NCBI RefSeq assembly: GCF_964355755.1
Contig: NC_092679.1
Span: forward strand, 1,456,201 to 1,520,200
From: Antedon mediterranea
Taxonomy: Eukaryota; Animalia; Echinodermata
Direction: 5' to 3'
Length of the DNA: 64,000 nucleotides
Below the pieces are notes generated by a model. The model was given only the letters and a program-made list of their open reading frames with translations. It was not told the origin of the DNA and did no database searches. Both the position numbers and the translations under genes were made by a program. Shown piece by piece: positions 13,745 to 62,428 of this stretch; positions within the stretch are counted from its first letter, which is position 1, and each line of letters begins with the position of its first letter.

Positions 13745-14280
13745 AGCCAACCCCTATTCATAGGACAGACCTATTTAGGGACACCTCTATTATTAAGGGA
13801 CACATTGTTGGGTCCCCAAGGCGTCACTGCAGGTGTCCCCAACCCCTATTCATGGGACAGTAAGGGACACATTGTTGGGTCCCCAAGGCGTCACTGCAGG
13901 TGTCCCCAACCCCTATTCATGGTACAGACCTATTTAGGGACACCTCTATTATTAAGGGACACATTTTTGGGTCCCCAAGGCGTCACTGCAGGTGTCCCCA
14001 ACCCCTATTCATGGAACAGACCTATTTAGGGACACCTCTATTATTAAGGGACACATTGTTGGGTCCCCAAGGCGTCACTGCAGGTGTCCCCAACCCCTAT
14101 TCATGGTACACCTATATTAAGGGGACACTTTACTGTTAAACAAACAAGGGTAATATATGTTTTACCACTTAGCCAACCCCTATTCATGGGAGACTTTGCT
14201 GGCACCTCTGTAGGTGTCCACAAGCCATATTGTTGGGTTCCTAAGGTGCCTCTGTAAATGTCCCCTTAATAGAGGTTCTT
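13745..14280. repeat. ~95-bp tandem array derived from a Tc1/mariner-type MITE
   Basis: Repeated CCCCTATTCATGG..ACCTATTTAGGGACACCTCTATTATTAAGGGACAC..GGGTCCCCAAGGCGTC. A related single copy lies at ~37770-37865. Confidence 0.8.
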
Positions 14281-15598
14281 ATGAACATAACAACACAGTG
14301 TTTTAACTTAACAATGAATAGTTATTCTGGGTTTCTTTATGTAATATAACAAATTAAAATAATTCACATTAAACAAAAAAACAATTATGCTTGCCATAGA
14401 CATTACGAATTCAAGGTATAAGAAGCATATAGGCAGTAAAAGAATAAATGTCTCGATGGTAAAATTCAAAAGCTATAGGGTGGGTTATTTTCCTCCCAAA
14501 ACATTCAACCAATAATTCAATGCACCTCCACAGAACGGTAATGTTTTCTTATTTCAATACAATTTATCAATGCAGAAGCTAAGATATATCATTTTATGCA
14601 GTATTTATGTGCTTGTTTACTTATGCAAACAATCCCTAATTTTTAAAACGAAAAAAAAAAAAAAAAAAAAAAAAATTGCGTATAGTGATCACATGTGTGT
14701 GCTATCACTGCCTGAGACAGTAACAAGCTCATGATATCAATGCCGCAAGTATAATATGCTTGTCTTTTATCATGTAATCATGATATGTTATGTCATAAAC
14801 TTTTAATTTTAAACTTATTTATATTTTCTTTTTTTATTATAAAACAAAAGAAAATAATTCAATTTAAGGATATTCAATCAATTTATAATTAAATTATAAT
14901 TTCAAAATAATACAATTTAACCAATAGATTGCAGATACTAATTCAGTTTTTGTATATACATCATATTATTTTCAAAATAAAGCAACATTCTGCAACATTT
15001 TTAAGAGCCAAATATTTTCTATAAATATGGTAAAATATAATTCTACAATTATGTAATTTTGTTGTATATGCAAATCAGTCATAATGAATATTCATCAAAA
15101 AACGAAAAACATTATAATGGTTTTTAGTCAATTAACTGGAATCTGATGGTAGAATTCATTTAGCTTTATGCATATTATAAGTCTATATATATATTACATT
15201 TAGAAGCGGTCAGCCTATTCATACATACAGCATTCATTACCATAGAGATACAATATCCAATCAAAAGTGCAAACGTACAACTTTAAAGATGACAGCCGTT
15301 TAAACGCACCAATAGGGCGCCCTCGATTGATTGGGTATAACCATTTGAAAAAAAAATAATAATCCAGTTATTGCGCAACATATTTATCAATTATATTAAC
15401 AATCAGATACAATTGAATCCGTTATATTTTATCATTTTTAGACATTAAAAAGGTAATGCCCAATAAAGCGCCCTCAAATCACATTGTACGTGAAGCTATA
15501 ATTACGTATGTATTTGCACAGTGGTGATTGACGACAGCACACAGGGAATTGGACGTACACACCGTGGAATACATGACAATAAACGAGTTTTACAAAGG

Positions 15599-50046
<34,448 letters not shown>

Positions 50047-50810
50047 CGTGAGTTTTGGGTTCTACAACCACCACCCTAAAAAAATTAAAGATTAAGAATT
50101 AATATTAATAATCAGTAACACTGGCACTTTATTTCTGATCAATGTTAAACTTATTTATAATTATAGTACAGTATTTAAATGCGACTAGCTCCTTATTGCC
50201 CAGCCTAGCTAGAAATTGGAGTACAGTAATGTTTATCGCAAATAGCTTGATTTGCTTGGAACGTCATGGCACAATGCATGATGGGAAGATTTGGGGAGCA
50301 AACGTCACATATATGTACAAACAACAAACCACATACGTACGCATTGTGAAGTTTCCTCCCAAATCCTTTCCACAAGAGTCGCGCATGCTATTTGCGATAA
50401 ACCTTATGGATGAAGATGATTAGGCCTAGTATTATTAGACCGTACTAGCTAGACTAGGCCCTAGTATTATCACTTTTTTACTTTAAAAAAAATTTAATTT
50501 TATCAAAAATAATACCACGATTCTTTTTGTTTTAAACATAAAATAAAAATCGGATCCTATATTTCTAAAACTTGTTATATTTTTATTTAAATAATAATAG
50601 ATTTATCAAGATAACATAGAGCCCAGATACTAGGCCTACTATTTAATATGAAAAGAGGCGTGACCCGGTGTTTTCTGAGCAGGCTCAGATAGATAGACCA
50701 ACGTTGACGTTGTCTCTCCTACAACAGGGAAAACGACGACTCCGGCGGAGAGCCTTCTGGACACTACGCCCAAAAACTTGCTTTAAAATAACATATAAAT
50801 ACAACTATAC

Positions 50811-52177
50811 CTTTCAAGATTGCCTTCTATAAGTGAAACAGATTGCGTAAGTGTAGTTTATGACATATTCTTTTGATTTCTTGGTCAAATTTTGCTATTT
50901 GATGACTACTTTTCTAACCAAATAGAGATATCACTCGCTCTCTGCTCCCCGGTGAAATTTACCCAGAATTCTATTTAGAATGAGGGCGTACATCACAAAA
51001 ATGCAATTGTCAGATCAGAGAAATTAAAAAACCAAATGGACCATGCTCAATTTTTAATATTTGTAAAAATGTTTGCCTATTACGTTATTCATGTTTTGGT
51101 TAATACTATTAAATCGATACTTTATAAATTATATTATATTTCATACAAAAATATTTATTTTTTACCATAATTATACAATAAAAAACGAACTTTATACTTT
51201 ACAATTTACACTAAGAAGTTCATAATAGACTCGATATGACCGGTTGGGCCGCCGACAAGTTGAGCCGCCGGTAATTTCTATGAAACGCCCAGTGCGTCTT
51301 TTATGACATTTCGCGTAGTGATAGAGTGGTGTCCTAGTACATAAGTTCATGGTCTTTACGTTTATTGTGTCATGAAAATAAATAATAATTACATACTACA
51401 ATTGTGTTGGTTTGAACCGCCATACACAGCAAAGGAAAGTAGTCATATTTAATAATTTAATTGTTTTTAATCTTAAAAATGCAGTGCACTCCATAATATT
51501 TTTCTCGCATGTATGATGCCTACCACGTAAAATCACGTTGTTTCTCAGGACTAATAGAGTATTGATATTCTTCGAATGAGGTTAAATAATTATTATTTTT
51601 TATTTACTATCTTTTAATATCATATTTTATTGAATTTTACAATGTTAATACACAAAATATTTTAATAAAAGACGGTGATTTTATGCAATTATTTTACTGA
51701 AAAATGGAGTAGGCCTAGTTCATACAACTGCCGCCGCCTTCATTTTTGGCTAAAACGATAATTTTCGGTCATGTTTTAGGCCTTATATTTTTGAATCTAC
51801 AAGTCAGATATTCATAATTATTTCTCTTTAATTATAATATTTAATAATATATACTAAAAACCGTGATATATAAACTTTGGAATATACATCGTTATATCTA
51901 ATAAGTAATATAAATAGAACTTCTATTAAATAGAAACGAGCACCGGCGAAAGTAAGCATTTGGCGTTTCATAGAAAATAACGTTTTTCTGGCGGCGGCTC
52001 AACTTGTCGGCGGCTCAACTTGTCGGCGACGGCGGCTCAACTTGGCCTAAAATCCCTGTAGACTACAGTGTAGTGTAATTACATGCTGATTTAGGTCTGA
52101 TTTTATTCACTACTGAAGGCATGATAAGTGTATCATTTTAAGTTAATCAAGATATTAACAGCTATAACAGTTAAGAA
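50811..52177. promoter_or_regulatory. Divergent KLC/PRORP promoter region, including a probable non-coding KLC exon 1
   Basis: Head-to-head gene arrangement. Minus-strand donor AAAG|gtatag near 50811 pairs with the KLC acceptor at 50076-50077. TTACCCAGAATTC (~50959) and ACTACA (~52062) resemble ZNF143/Staf-type elements (inference). Confidence 0.55.
51241..52046. mobile_element. ~800-bp inverted-repeat element in the KLC/PRORP intergenic region
   Basis: GCCGCCGACAAGTTGAGCCGCC..TTTCTATGAAACGCC is mirrored by GGCGTTTCATAGAAA..GGCGGCTCAACTTGTCGGCGGC. The TSD was not resolved. Confidence 0.75.
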
Positions 52178-55100
52178 ATGACACATCATTTGGTGAGTAT
52201 ATGGTAAAAGAAAAGGTCATCAATGCTCCCCAGACAAAATGGGTTACTGTATTTAAGTACACACAATAAATAAACGTTGCCGTGTATATAGTTCTGGATA
52301 AATTGAGAGGAAGTGATCATTACAGACAAAACTACACGTATTTTGGGCGACAAAATAAATATTAGGTTATTTTACAACTTTATACAAAGTCTAATAACGT
52401 GTTTTATTATAATCAAATTTCTGTTATACTGTATTAATATTGCTTTAATGAATTTATTAACAATCTAGATAGTGCTAGTCAGGCTAGGCCTAGTATCACC
52501 ACGCGACGTTCGCTGGCGTTCCATGAAAAACGTGTTCGATAAAGGTTTAACAGCGCCCTCATAATTTAAGTAAAAGTTAAAGTTTACAGACTTTGAATAA
52601 AATTCTTTCATGGGTACAATATATCTTTAATTTACATTTTATTTATTTTACATTTTAGAAGTCAATCGTTACACACCTTTACGTTGGTAGACGATATGTG
52701 TATCATAATCGGTGTGTATCCAACTTCATCAGAGCCAATCAAGAAGAACATATTTTTTTGACCGAGAATAAAATAAACAGAAATGTATACGCATCTGTTG
52801 GAAATCTCCAATCAAATAAAATTAAGCAATATTCTACATTGTCCACTGTTCATGATAGTCTTTTTGGTTGTAATACTTACAATATTTTAAATAGTCGAAA
52901 TTGTTCAAACAATGCAATAGAAAAACCTGTAAAACGAAGCAAGGTTTTGAATGACGCAATAGATAAACCAGATACGTATTTATCTGAGGATGAATGGATG
53001 AAAATAAAACTAGTGTGGGATGAAGATAATCGTCTGAATCTTAAATCCGGAAGGATGGTGTTTGTGGAAAAAGCAATGTCACTTACTTGTCGCAACAAAT
53101 CATGGCAGCTAGCAAACTCGTTGTTTCATTTCGCTAACAGCATTGGTTTCAATCCAACGAAATCATTTATGAACAGTTACTTATACATTTGCAAAGCTGC
53201 TGAAAAACGTGACGAAGTGTTAAGTATCTGCGATTGGTTCTCAAATAATTCTACCGTGTTGGACGCAGCAATTTTAAAGAATATCGTAAATGGTTTATGC
53301 TTGACCGATCGCTGGAAAGAGTCGTTGACATTTCTGGAAACGGCAAAAGGAACAATAAACGTATCCAGTGGTGCGGTGAACTCCGTCGTCTGCTGTGCTT
53401 GCTCGCATAAAGAGTATGACCTCGTGGATGACCTTGTTGATCAAATGATATCAGATAAAATGCTCATTGTTGATAAAACAATAATTGCTCTGCTTACAAC
53501 TTACGATGGGATTACAGACAATGCAGAATGGGGTCAAAGATGTAAATATATGATAGAGAAATTATTTATGTTGTTCCGAGATGAGAGAATACTGCCTTCT
53601 ATGGTTGTCGGGGAAGCTTTAAAAGAATGGTTCAATAGGTCTGTAAGATTTTTTAAGATGACTATAAACTATATTTGTTTTTTTATTTCAACAATATTTT
53701 TTACGAGGGTGGTCCATCTAGCTGAATTCTTGTGAAGAAGTTAGTGGATTCAAACCTGCAGAGAGCTAGTGGACTGAAGATCAATTCTTGCATTCTGCTT
53801 GTAAATTGAAAAACACAACATAACAATTTCTTTTCTGATTCTTATTTCTTGACAGAAGTACTTTTGAACGATGGGAAAGTGAGATTATAAAGATAGACAA
53901 CCGACACAACTGTCCACGATGTTCTTCGCCTCTTGAGAAACTCGAACTAACTGATGCAGAATTTAAAAATCTTCATGAGCAAGTGATTAAAAAAGTAAGA
54001 TATCTATTCTCATTTTGTGAGATGAAATTTGAACCAGAAGCTTGGGATTCGTGGCGAAGCATCAACGCCACTCTACCACCTAGATTATTAAAGGAAATAG
54101 TTTTGTCCTGTCAATTGTTTTGTAGTAAGAGTCCTTAATGATCAGCTTCGACTGGATAGACCGCCCTCAATAAATATTGTTGAAATAAAATAAAGAAATA
54201 TTTTGTTCATTTTCAGGTAATCCGTGGTACCGACATCTTTAGAAAAACATCTCCGCAAGAACTACAAGCATTCATACAATTTGTGGATAAAAGCGCCCCC
54301 TATGACGTCGTTATCGATGGCCTCAATGTCGCATATGTTCAGTTTAATAAAACATTACGCAAATCACAACTTGTAGGTTTAATTAGACAGAGTTTTGACT
54401 TAATATTAGTTAAAAGTTAAATATTTTGGCACATATGCCGTTTCATACGTGTACTACTTGAGCTTGTATTTCAGACAAACATCGCAAAGCCCCGAAATAA
54501 CTACAGTCTTGGGGCAAGTCTAAAGTTTAATATGCATCTATATTAAAGTGTACAGTGTTAAGTACCCTATGAATTTTCATGGATGAACAAGATATTTTTA
54601 ATTAATTATCAACAAGATTTAATTAAATAATTTGCTTTTTCTCAGCTTCTGCAAGTAGTTCAGTATCTCGTGGAAACCCGTGGCTACAAATGTTTAGTTC
54701 TTGGAAGACATCACATGCTAAAACAGTGGAACAAACTTGACATGCAGAAACTGATGGATTGCGCCGATTGCTTTTTTACAGAGGATATGTAAGTGTGCTG
54801 GCCTTTCAAAGATTAGCAAAAAAATTAGGAGGGTGCCTTTTTTCTCTAACCTAGTATCTTTATTGATTGTTTTGCCAATTAAAAATAGTCAAATGCAAAA
54901 TAACATTCTTTCTTTCACTCAGGTCGGAAGATGACCCGTACATGTTATACGCTACCTTACATAGTGGTCCAAAAGCGGTATTTGTTACGCGCGACATGTT
55001 GCGCGACCACAAGGCGCTTTTTGATCACAGGACGCATGTGTGTTTTATTAAGTGGCAGCGAGGTCATCAGTTGGCGTTCATCAATTTCAAAAGAGGACGA

Positions 55101-55666
55101 CCACATTTTAAGGTTTGTTGACGAATTGAAATAAACGATACTAAATTTGAGATAATTGGTTAGAAGTTTGTTCTTAACACTCACATTATTCTATCACATG
55201 ATCAACTTACTTGGATAAACCGACATAGGCCCTTTCTCCTTCGATGGGAGAACATGTTAAAAAGTAAAAATATTCTTGGTATTGTAAGACAGTGGTATCA
55301 TCCATGTAATTGATAATGCTTGAGAAACATTGTGAGGTTATTCTGGTTGGACCAGACCACTAGCCTACCATAGGGTTAAATTCTAGCCCAACCTGAGAAT
55401 AACTAAATACATTTCTTTGCAAGTGCTCTCAATATACAGAATATTCCATACAACTGCATAACTGTAAATACAATTTATAAACCTCACTTATCTAATAAAG
55501 TGGAGATGATGCATTTAAAGTGAATACCATTTTTATTTAGTCTTGCAGAGTTGAAGATACGATTACGCAGACAACAGGTGACACATGGCATATACCACTT
55601 GACGCTAAAGACAACCAATTTGCATATCAGCTACCAACCACCTGGCTTTGTGCCAAAAGATTGTAA
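52178..55666 (+). CDS. PRORP: Mitochondrial ribonuclease P catalytic subunit (PRORP/MRPP3), ~582 aa
   Basis: Exons: 52178-52192, 52659-53638, 53856-53994, 54217-54372, 54646-54788, 54923-55112, 55541-55666, all phase-consistent. PPR-like N-terminal half, zinc ligands CPRC ... WHIP ... WLC, and NYN nuclease motifs [21 protein letters not shown] and TRDMLRDH. Confidence 0.95.
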
Positions 55667-57028
55667 ACATTTAGAAACACGATTTTTAAAAAAATAACAA
55701 AAATCAACCAGCTTGTTTGTCTGTCTATTTTAAGTACCATACTCAATTTAAAAATGAATCGTTTACCGCACAGTAAAATATATAACTTAATCTATATAAA
55801 TGTGAAGTAATCAGGACGCACTTATGTTTTCAGTTGGGTGCTTATTATACTGAAGTACTTGCTTATTTAGGCAGCCTCAAAATATTTGAGCAACTTAAAT
55901 GAACTTGTGTAATATTATTAATCATCTATGGCAGCTTTATATCATTTGTACCATGTGGATATAAACACATTTGGACCCTGAAAATTATTTTTATATAAAG
56001 AATATGAAGGTATTTATTATATCTTGTTACTGTATATTAAAGGTTATAATTTATGCTAAAGTTTAAAGTACAAGAAATGTCCCCTAACCTTGGGTTTACT
56101 GCAAACTAATAAATTGTAAAATATAAAAAATAAAATAACCAATAACCTTTAAAACAAAAGAATATTATTACATTATAATTAGTTCAGAAGAATAGTTCAA
56201 CCATAATACTGAATTACTAATCTTAAGAGATTACTGGCAATTGGCCTTGAGGCAGTATGTTAACAACACACCCTATAAAATCTATAAAAAAATAATTGTG
56301 AATTGAAAAAAACCAATAACTTCTCTAGCTAACTGTTTACCAATAGTTAAAGTATGCCACATAATGACATTCCAAATAAATTCCAAAAATAGACGCATCT
56401 TTAAACCAACTTTTACTAGAACGTAATAAGTACAGGCTCCCAATTATAATTTTTGTTCAATTAACACTACCACCAAATATTTAATAAATAATTATCATTA
56501 TTTCCCTCATAAAAACTAAAGTTTTTGTTAAATTAATTAGTCTGCTTATTTTCAGTTACATCCTCCACACACTTATCACTAGGGAGCTTTTAATTTGTGA
56601 TGACCTACATGTTAATTATGCGCATAAAGGACGACCTAATTACATCATCATGTTAATTATGCGCATGCAGGGAAATTGAGACTTGATTCCTCAACACAAT
56701 TTAGGCGGATACTACTAAACAACAACACAACATGCATAGGTCGTAGGTCATCACAAAGTGAAAACTCCATACTATCATCAATTTACAATATACAACCCCC
56801 CCCCCCCCCCCACCCAATGGTATACACTGTATTGCCTCCATATACAAACCATTCTGTGACCGTTTCTTAAATATATGCAAGATAATTCTTTTAAATAAAT
56901 AATGTTAGTATTAAAAATTTACAAAATTGGAAAGGTAACCTGTTTAAAAACCCCAAACAAACAGTATATAAAAAATCCCAAAATACTTAAAATCTATCAA
57001 TTATTTTTTGTGAACATTTGTTATAATT

Positions 57029-59002
57029 TCAAATTTTGTTTGATCCACTAATTCTTTGTTCTGACGCTGAAGAAACAGGTTTTTTAACTTTTCTAGCCTT
57101 GGCATAAATTTTAAGAAATAGAGCAATAAAAACGATAAAAATGCCGACAAATCCCATAAACGATACAGGATGACCGTAAATCATACACGAAAGTAAGATG
57201 GCAAGAGCCTGTCTCGTGGTCATTATAATTGTGAAGATGACTGCCCCAAATCGAGATATCGTATAAAATATAAACAACTGACCAGTAGCAGAGCAAATAG
57301 ATAAAAGAAGAACGTGATACGCAAAGGTACTATATTTAAGAATAAAACCTGATGCTTCAAGAAATCCACCTTGCTCTATCAAAGACCAGCTTGTGAATAT
57401 GCATGAAAACAGATTCACCCCAAACATAGCTTGGATGCTGGACATTTTATGTTTATTAAATAACTCTGCTTGCCAATTCGATGTGAAACTATCAAATACC
57501 ATATAACCCATAAGAATGACAACCCCTGAGGCGGTCGTGACCGCTGACCCGCGACTTTCTTCTCCCTGAGATAACAAAAACACGGTAACGCCTAGTGAAA
57601 TCATACCTGCGGTTATGTACTCGTAAAACTCAAAAGTTTTATTTGAGACAACCTTTCCCATCAGCATCACAGGAATGATTTTAGAAGCCTTTGCTAGAAC
57701 TTGCGTCGGGAAACTGACGAATTTTAACGCTTCATATTGGCACCAACTACTCATTATGTTAGACAATGAGCAGTAAGAATAACGATAAAGCGGCGTAGTG
57801 TGAGGCTTTTGAACGGAGAAAGACATTATACACCACGCAGTAATCAACGCCAGTATACGATTCATAAAGACGAGAAATTGCGAGTTCTTGAACTTCTCTC
57901 CTGGGTTGTTTTCGTCTTTGCCGTATTCGTGAGCCATGATTCTTTCCTGAAGCACGCCCCACGTTAAGTACGAACCTTGTAATCCCGCAACGCATATCAA
58001 CAGGGTCAACCAACCTGGAATCTGAATGGTAGAAACAGTAACAATGATGATAGAGGAAGCTTGCATAGTTATTTTATTTTTTAAAAAGCACAATTCAGAG
58101 ACGACTTTCAAGTGGGTATTAAAATCAGTCTGAGAGAAAAATTGACCCTAAAGCTCCGTCTACACTATCAAACTAATTTGACAAAAAAAGTGTGATGTGT
58201 CGAAATTTGGTAGTAATTTGCCCAAATATGGTAGTGATATGATATCATGTCCATATATGGGCACATCACATTTTTTTGTCGCATATAGTTTGATAGTGTA
58301 GACAGAGCTTAACAGTGTTATGATTTGAAAGTGAAATAAAAACTTACCGTAGACTTTTGAGTTGTTTGTTCTGTATCCTCACACAGGTTGACATCAGCAT
58401 CTTGGCCGTGTACGCAAGATTTTACAACGTTATAAAAGCACCCATGTCCTGCAAGTACAAACAAACCAAGAGCTTTAAACCAGCTACTTTGAACAGAAAT
58501 CCTGACATGATTTTTAATTTATGGGTTGCCATCTGAAGCTCTGTCTACACTATCAAACTAGTTTGACAAAAAAAGTGTGATATGCCCCAAATATGGTAGT
58601 GATATGCTTAAATATGGTAGTGATATGAAATCAACATGTCCATATATGGGCACATCATACTTTTTTGTCACATCAAGTTTGATAGTGTAGACAGAGCTTT
58701 AAGACCAGTTTCCAACTAACAAGTGTCTTCATTTTGTTTGGTGCATGTCAATCATACCCACCTCCTTTATCTAGATATCCACTTGAACGTATATACTTGA
58801 TTACGATCCAAGCGGGGAAAATTACTGAAGCATAACCAAGTAGGTTAAAGATGAGTCGCACCAGCCAGAAGTCTGTCCATTGGTAGTCGGCTGGTTTGAC
58901 CTCTAACTTGACCTGTTCGTTCACGACAGCCTCCTCCTCAGCTCCATGGTTGTAGCATACTGCAAACACCAATATGGTGTAAACAATATAAACAAACCTC
59001 AT
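57029..59002 (-). CDS. SLC35B2: Adenosine 3'-phospho 5'-phosphosulfate (PAPS) transporter 1, ~444 aa
   Basis: Exons: 59002-58762, 58448-58348, 58021-57029. Motifs [65 protein letters not shown] and DSFTSNWQ. Confidence 0.95.
58152..58309. mobile_element. MITE family A in an SLC35B2 intron
   Basis: Same TIRs; TAA TSD. Confidence 0.9.
58537..58698. mobile_element. MITE family A in an SLC35B2 intron
   Basis: Perfect TIRs AGCTCTGTCTACACTATCAAACT / AGTTTGATAGTGTAGACAGAGCT. Confidence 0.9.
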
Positions 59003-62000
59003 TCTATGAATAAAAACAAAAAATGTATGTTTATTGTTTTTTTACGTTATGTTGCCAACCAGGGTAAATGCAGTCATCCGGACTACACACTACACTACAC
59101 AGTGAATTACAAGTATTCCCTTTTTTTTTGTTCACCAACAATTGACAAGGGAAAGGCCGTGGCGTAGGTAGATAGTTAGGGCTTAGTTAGGCCTATTTCT
59201 TTTAAGTAAATATGAATGGTTATATCTGCTGCCGCCATCCAGCTAAGCTTAGCTAGATCCGCCTAGATATTCAACCTAGGCCTAGCTGACTGGGCAGGCT
59301 AGTAGTAGTCCTAGCCTACTACTCCCGGTGGTCCCCTCTCGGCTACTACTAGAGGCGGCAGGTAGTAGGCTAGGCTTTATAGTACTACTAGGCCTAGGCC
59401 TACTAACCCCCGGCTAGGCCTAGCCCAGGCCTAGCTAGTAAAATGTCTAGATAATTAGGTAGTTTGGATATACCAAAAAAATTAAGTATTGTTATAATTT
59501 CATGTTTTTAACTGTACCTTCTGGTCTAGCTACTGTAGGCCTTCTTTTGTACAAATCGTACGTACGTCGTACACGTAGCAAACTCACACACACGACGATC
59601 ATTGACGGGGAGGGAAATGTAAGGTGTAGGCGATTACTACTATGGAACGCTGTTACTGCCTTCTGTGGAACATTTTAACGGGCGCGCTCTCTGGCGACCG
59701 CATTCACTACTATGAAACGCCGTACTGCTTTCTGTGGCGTATTACCAAATCGTGCAAAAAAATGTGACTATGGCAAAATAGCAGAACGTAATAAATAAAG
59801 TATACGTCAATACAAATAATGGAGCCGAATACAAAAGCACCGAATAAAATGAATGAATGAATTTTAAGAAATTGCCTGAAAACTGAGTGGTGCATGCATT
59901 TTTTGTCTAAGCTAAGCAAATAATAGCATACTTTGGACTATTGTAAGATTATATATATATAATATTAATATATACACGAATGGAGCTCAAATCACACCAT
60001 TTGGATATTGTGTTTAATATTTTTATCATAATTAGGTGTTATTTCTTCCATAACATTTTTTATTCTATGGCTTACTGAACCAAGACCAGAACGGTAAATT
60101 TGAAAACACGTGAATGGTCTGAATTGGGTGTAAAATAAAAATAGCATTAGCCATAATAGAAAAAAAAAGATTTATAATTTAAATGAGCACAAGCTATAGG
60201 CCTATCGATCATATTATTGTTGTATACTAGTTCCACGTACGTACACACAAACTGATTAAATGTGTGCTGATATAACCACTCACGTAGGCCTAGTATATGG
60301 ATTTCTGAATCCCTCAGGCTAGAGCACCATATGTGAAATATTGGTCCACGAACAAGGTTCAACTCCATTGTCAATACGCGTGGGAAGACCTAAATAAATC
60401 ACGTTGATAGTTTTGACTGATAATTATCTTAAATAAATTTACAATTGTCTAAACTAATCAAGTTGAACAAACCCTCCATGTTGTTTTTTAACGGTTGTGG
60501 TACAAACGTTAGATTGTAGAGACATTTAGGCATACACAATTTTTCACGGATTTTCACAATATGTCAGGAAACCCACCACCTCGATAGACTAAGGATTATT
60601 AAAACTATATCACTGTATTTCGTCAAAATGTAGACCTGTTTGTCGGTCAATAAACAAGTAAGTTTTAATTTTTTATTACAAGCGATTGCCGTGGGTCATA
60701 ATGTATAACGCTTTGGTTTTAAACTATTAGACGCTTTATAAATACAGGATATGATTATTATTTGTGTGGATATTTTCTGATATATTTATTGAAATGCTAT
60801 ATTTTATCTTTACTACTTGTTAAGAAAATTCACAAACTCTTGTCATAGGGATTTAGTTCCCTTTTTGTGTTTCCTGACAACGTGAAATTAGTGTATCAAT
60901 TTTGAATGATCTATATGCGTTGACGCGCCACTTTGTAGTTGTCTGTACTGTTTGTTGTTGTTTTGTGATTGTCAATAAAGAATAAGAATTATTAAATCAA
61001 CTTTATTCATTGTCAGTGGCAAGTGGATTGACATGGGGACTGTGTGCAGTGGGTACAGTGCTTTTGATTTGCTCGCTTATTCTTATTTGGAGGCTATACT
61101 CAAAGAGGCGGTCCCGCCACAAGGAAAAGGAGCAACTTATTGGTGAGTGATTATCATCTATATATTAATGCTACTCAATTTGTCGCGTAATTAGATAGTA
61201 ATGTGAATTAGTATATAACCAGGTTGAGGCAGGAAAAACCCTACATATTTCTCATGCATGCAACGTAACGGCGTATGCGCAACTTAACGGCGTATGCGCA
61301 ACGTAACAGCGTATGCGCAACGCAAGAGAGTTGTGACCAATCACAGTTTGGATGATCCGTCGTGTCGTGATTTGTCAATCAATTGAGTTTCAATTACGTC
61401 ATTGCGTTGCGTCCAAATGGAAACCAGGCTATAGTCATTGATACCCGTTGTAACCTACTATAAATATTATATTTTACTTTTTAAAATATACGAAGTGAAA
61501 TTATTCTTTCATCTCAATTTCAATTGGATCTGGTTCAGCCCACTCTTGTGGCTTATCAGTACCAAAAATGAGGCATACCAGTAAACCAAGCAGTTGAAGA
61601 CCAGCAACAGTCCAAAATACAACTCTCCATTCAAACAAAGTATTCTGAAAAAAAAAACCCCGTGGCACATAATGTTATATAACTGGCGTTGTACGGCGTT
61701 CGTAAATTACAGTGGTATCAAAATATGCAATAATAAAAAGTAAAAAAAAAAAATATTGTATAGAGAATGAGTGTAACAAAAAGCAGAGAAATATCAATCT
61801 TTTTGGCAGTCAGTGTTAATTTACATGTTAAATTTAATTGTTTTATACTGTATTATATTGTTTGTTCTTCGTACTATACTATAGGCCTACACAGTAAGTT
61901 ATTTGTTTGGGCATGTTTTTACACCACTGATTTTAATAGAGTTTTTTCCAAACCTCACACAAAGGGATACGTAAATGAGATGGTCAACTGTATATTATAT

Positions 62001-62277
62001 TTCTTTTTCTTACATTTGTTCGTGTTAGTATTCCTAGGAAAATGGGTGCAATAAATCCCGCACAGCTTCCAAGTGAAATCATAATTCCAATCACTATTCC
62101 TGAATGAAGAGGTGCAATATCCATAACGTTAGAATTAATGCCAGAAAATTTAAATCCATAAAGACCAAACGCAGAGACCATGAGAATCACTGATAGCGTT
62201 TGACTGTTCTGAATGTACCCCAGTGCTATGATGAGGACAGATGAAAGACCAAAGCCTGAAGAAGAGATAATCATTTA

Positions 62278-62428
62278 AGCTCTGTCTACACTATCAAACT
62301 TTATGTGACAAAAAATGTGATGTGCTCATATATGGACATGATGATATCATATCACTACCAAATTTGGGCATATAACTACCATATTTGGGCACATTTTTGT
62401 GTCAAACAAGTTTGATAGTGTAGACAGA
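62278..62428. mobile_element. MITE family A in an SLC17 intron
   Basis: Same TIRs; ~20 bp from an exon acceptor. An interrupted copy also lies at ~9486-9690. Confidence 0.85.

Noticed and set aside
13805-14139. Collagen-like GPQG ORFs
   Set aside because: They are translations of the MITE-derived tandem repeat, with no sustained Gly-X-Y.
15305-15480. Repeated GCGCCCTC (CTCF-like) motifs in the KLC 3' UTR
   Set aside because: Only partial matches; cannot be distinguished from chance without ChIP data.
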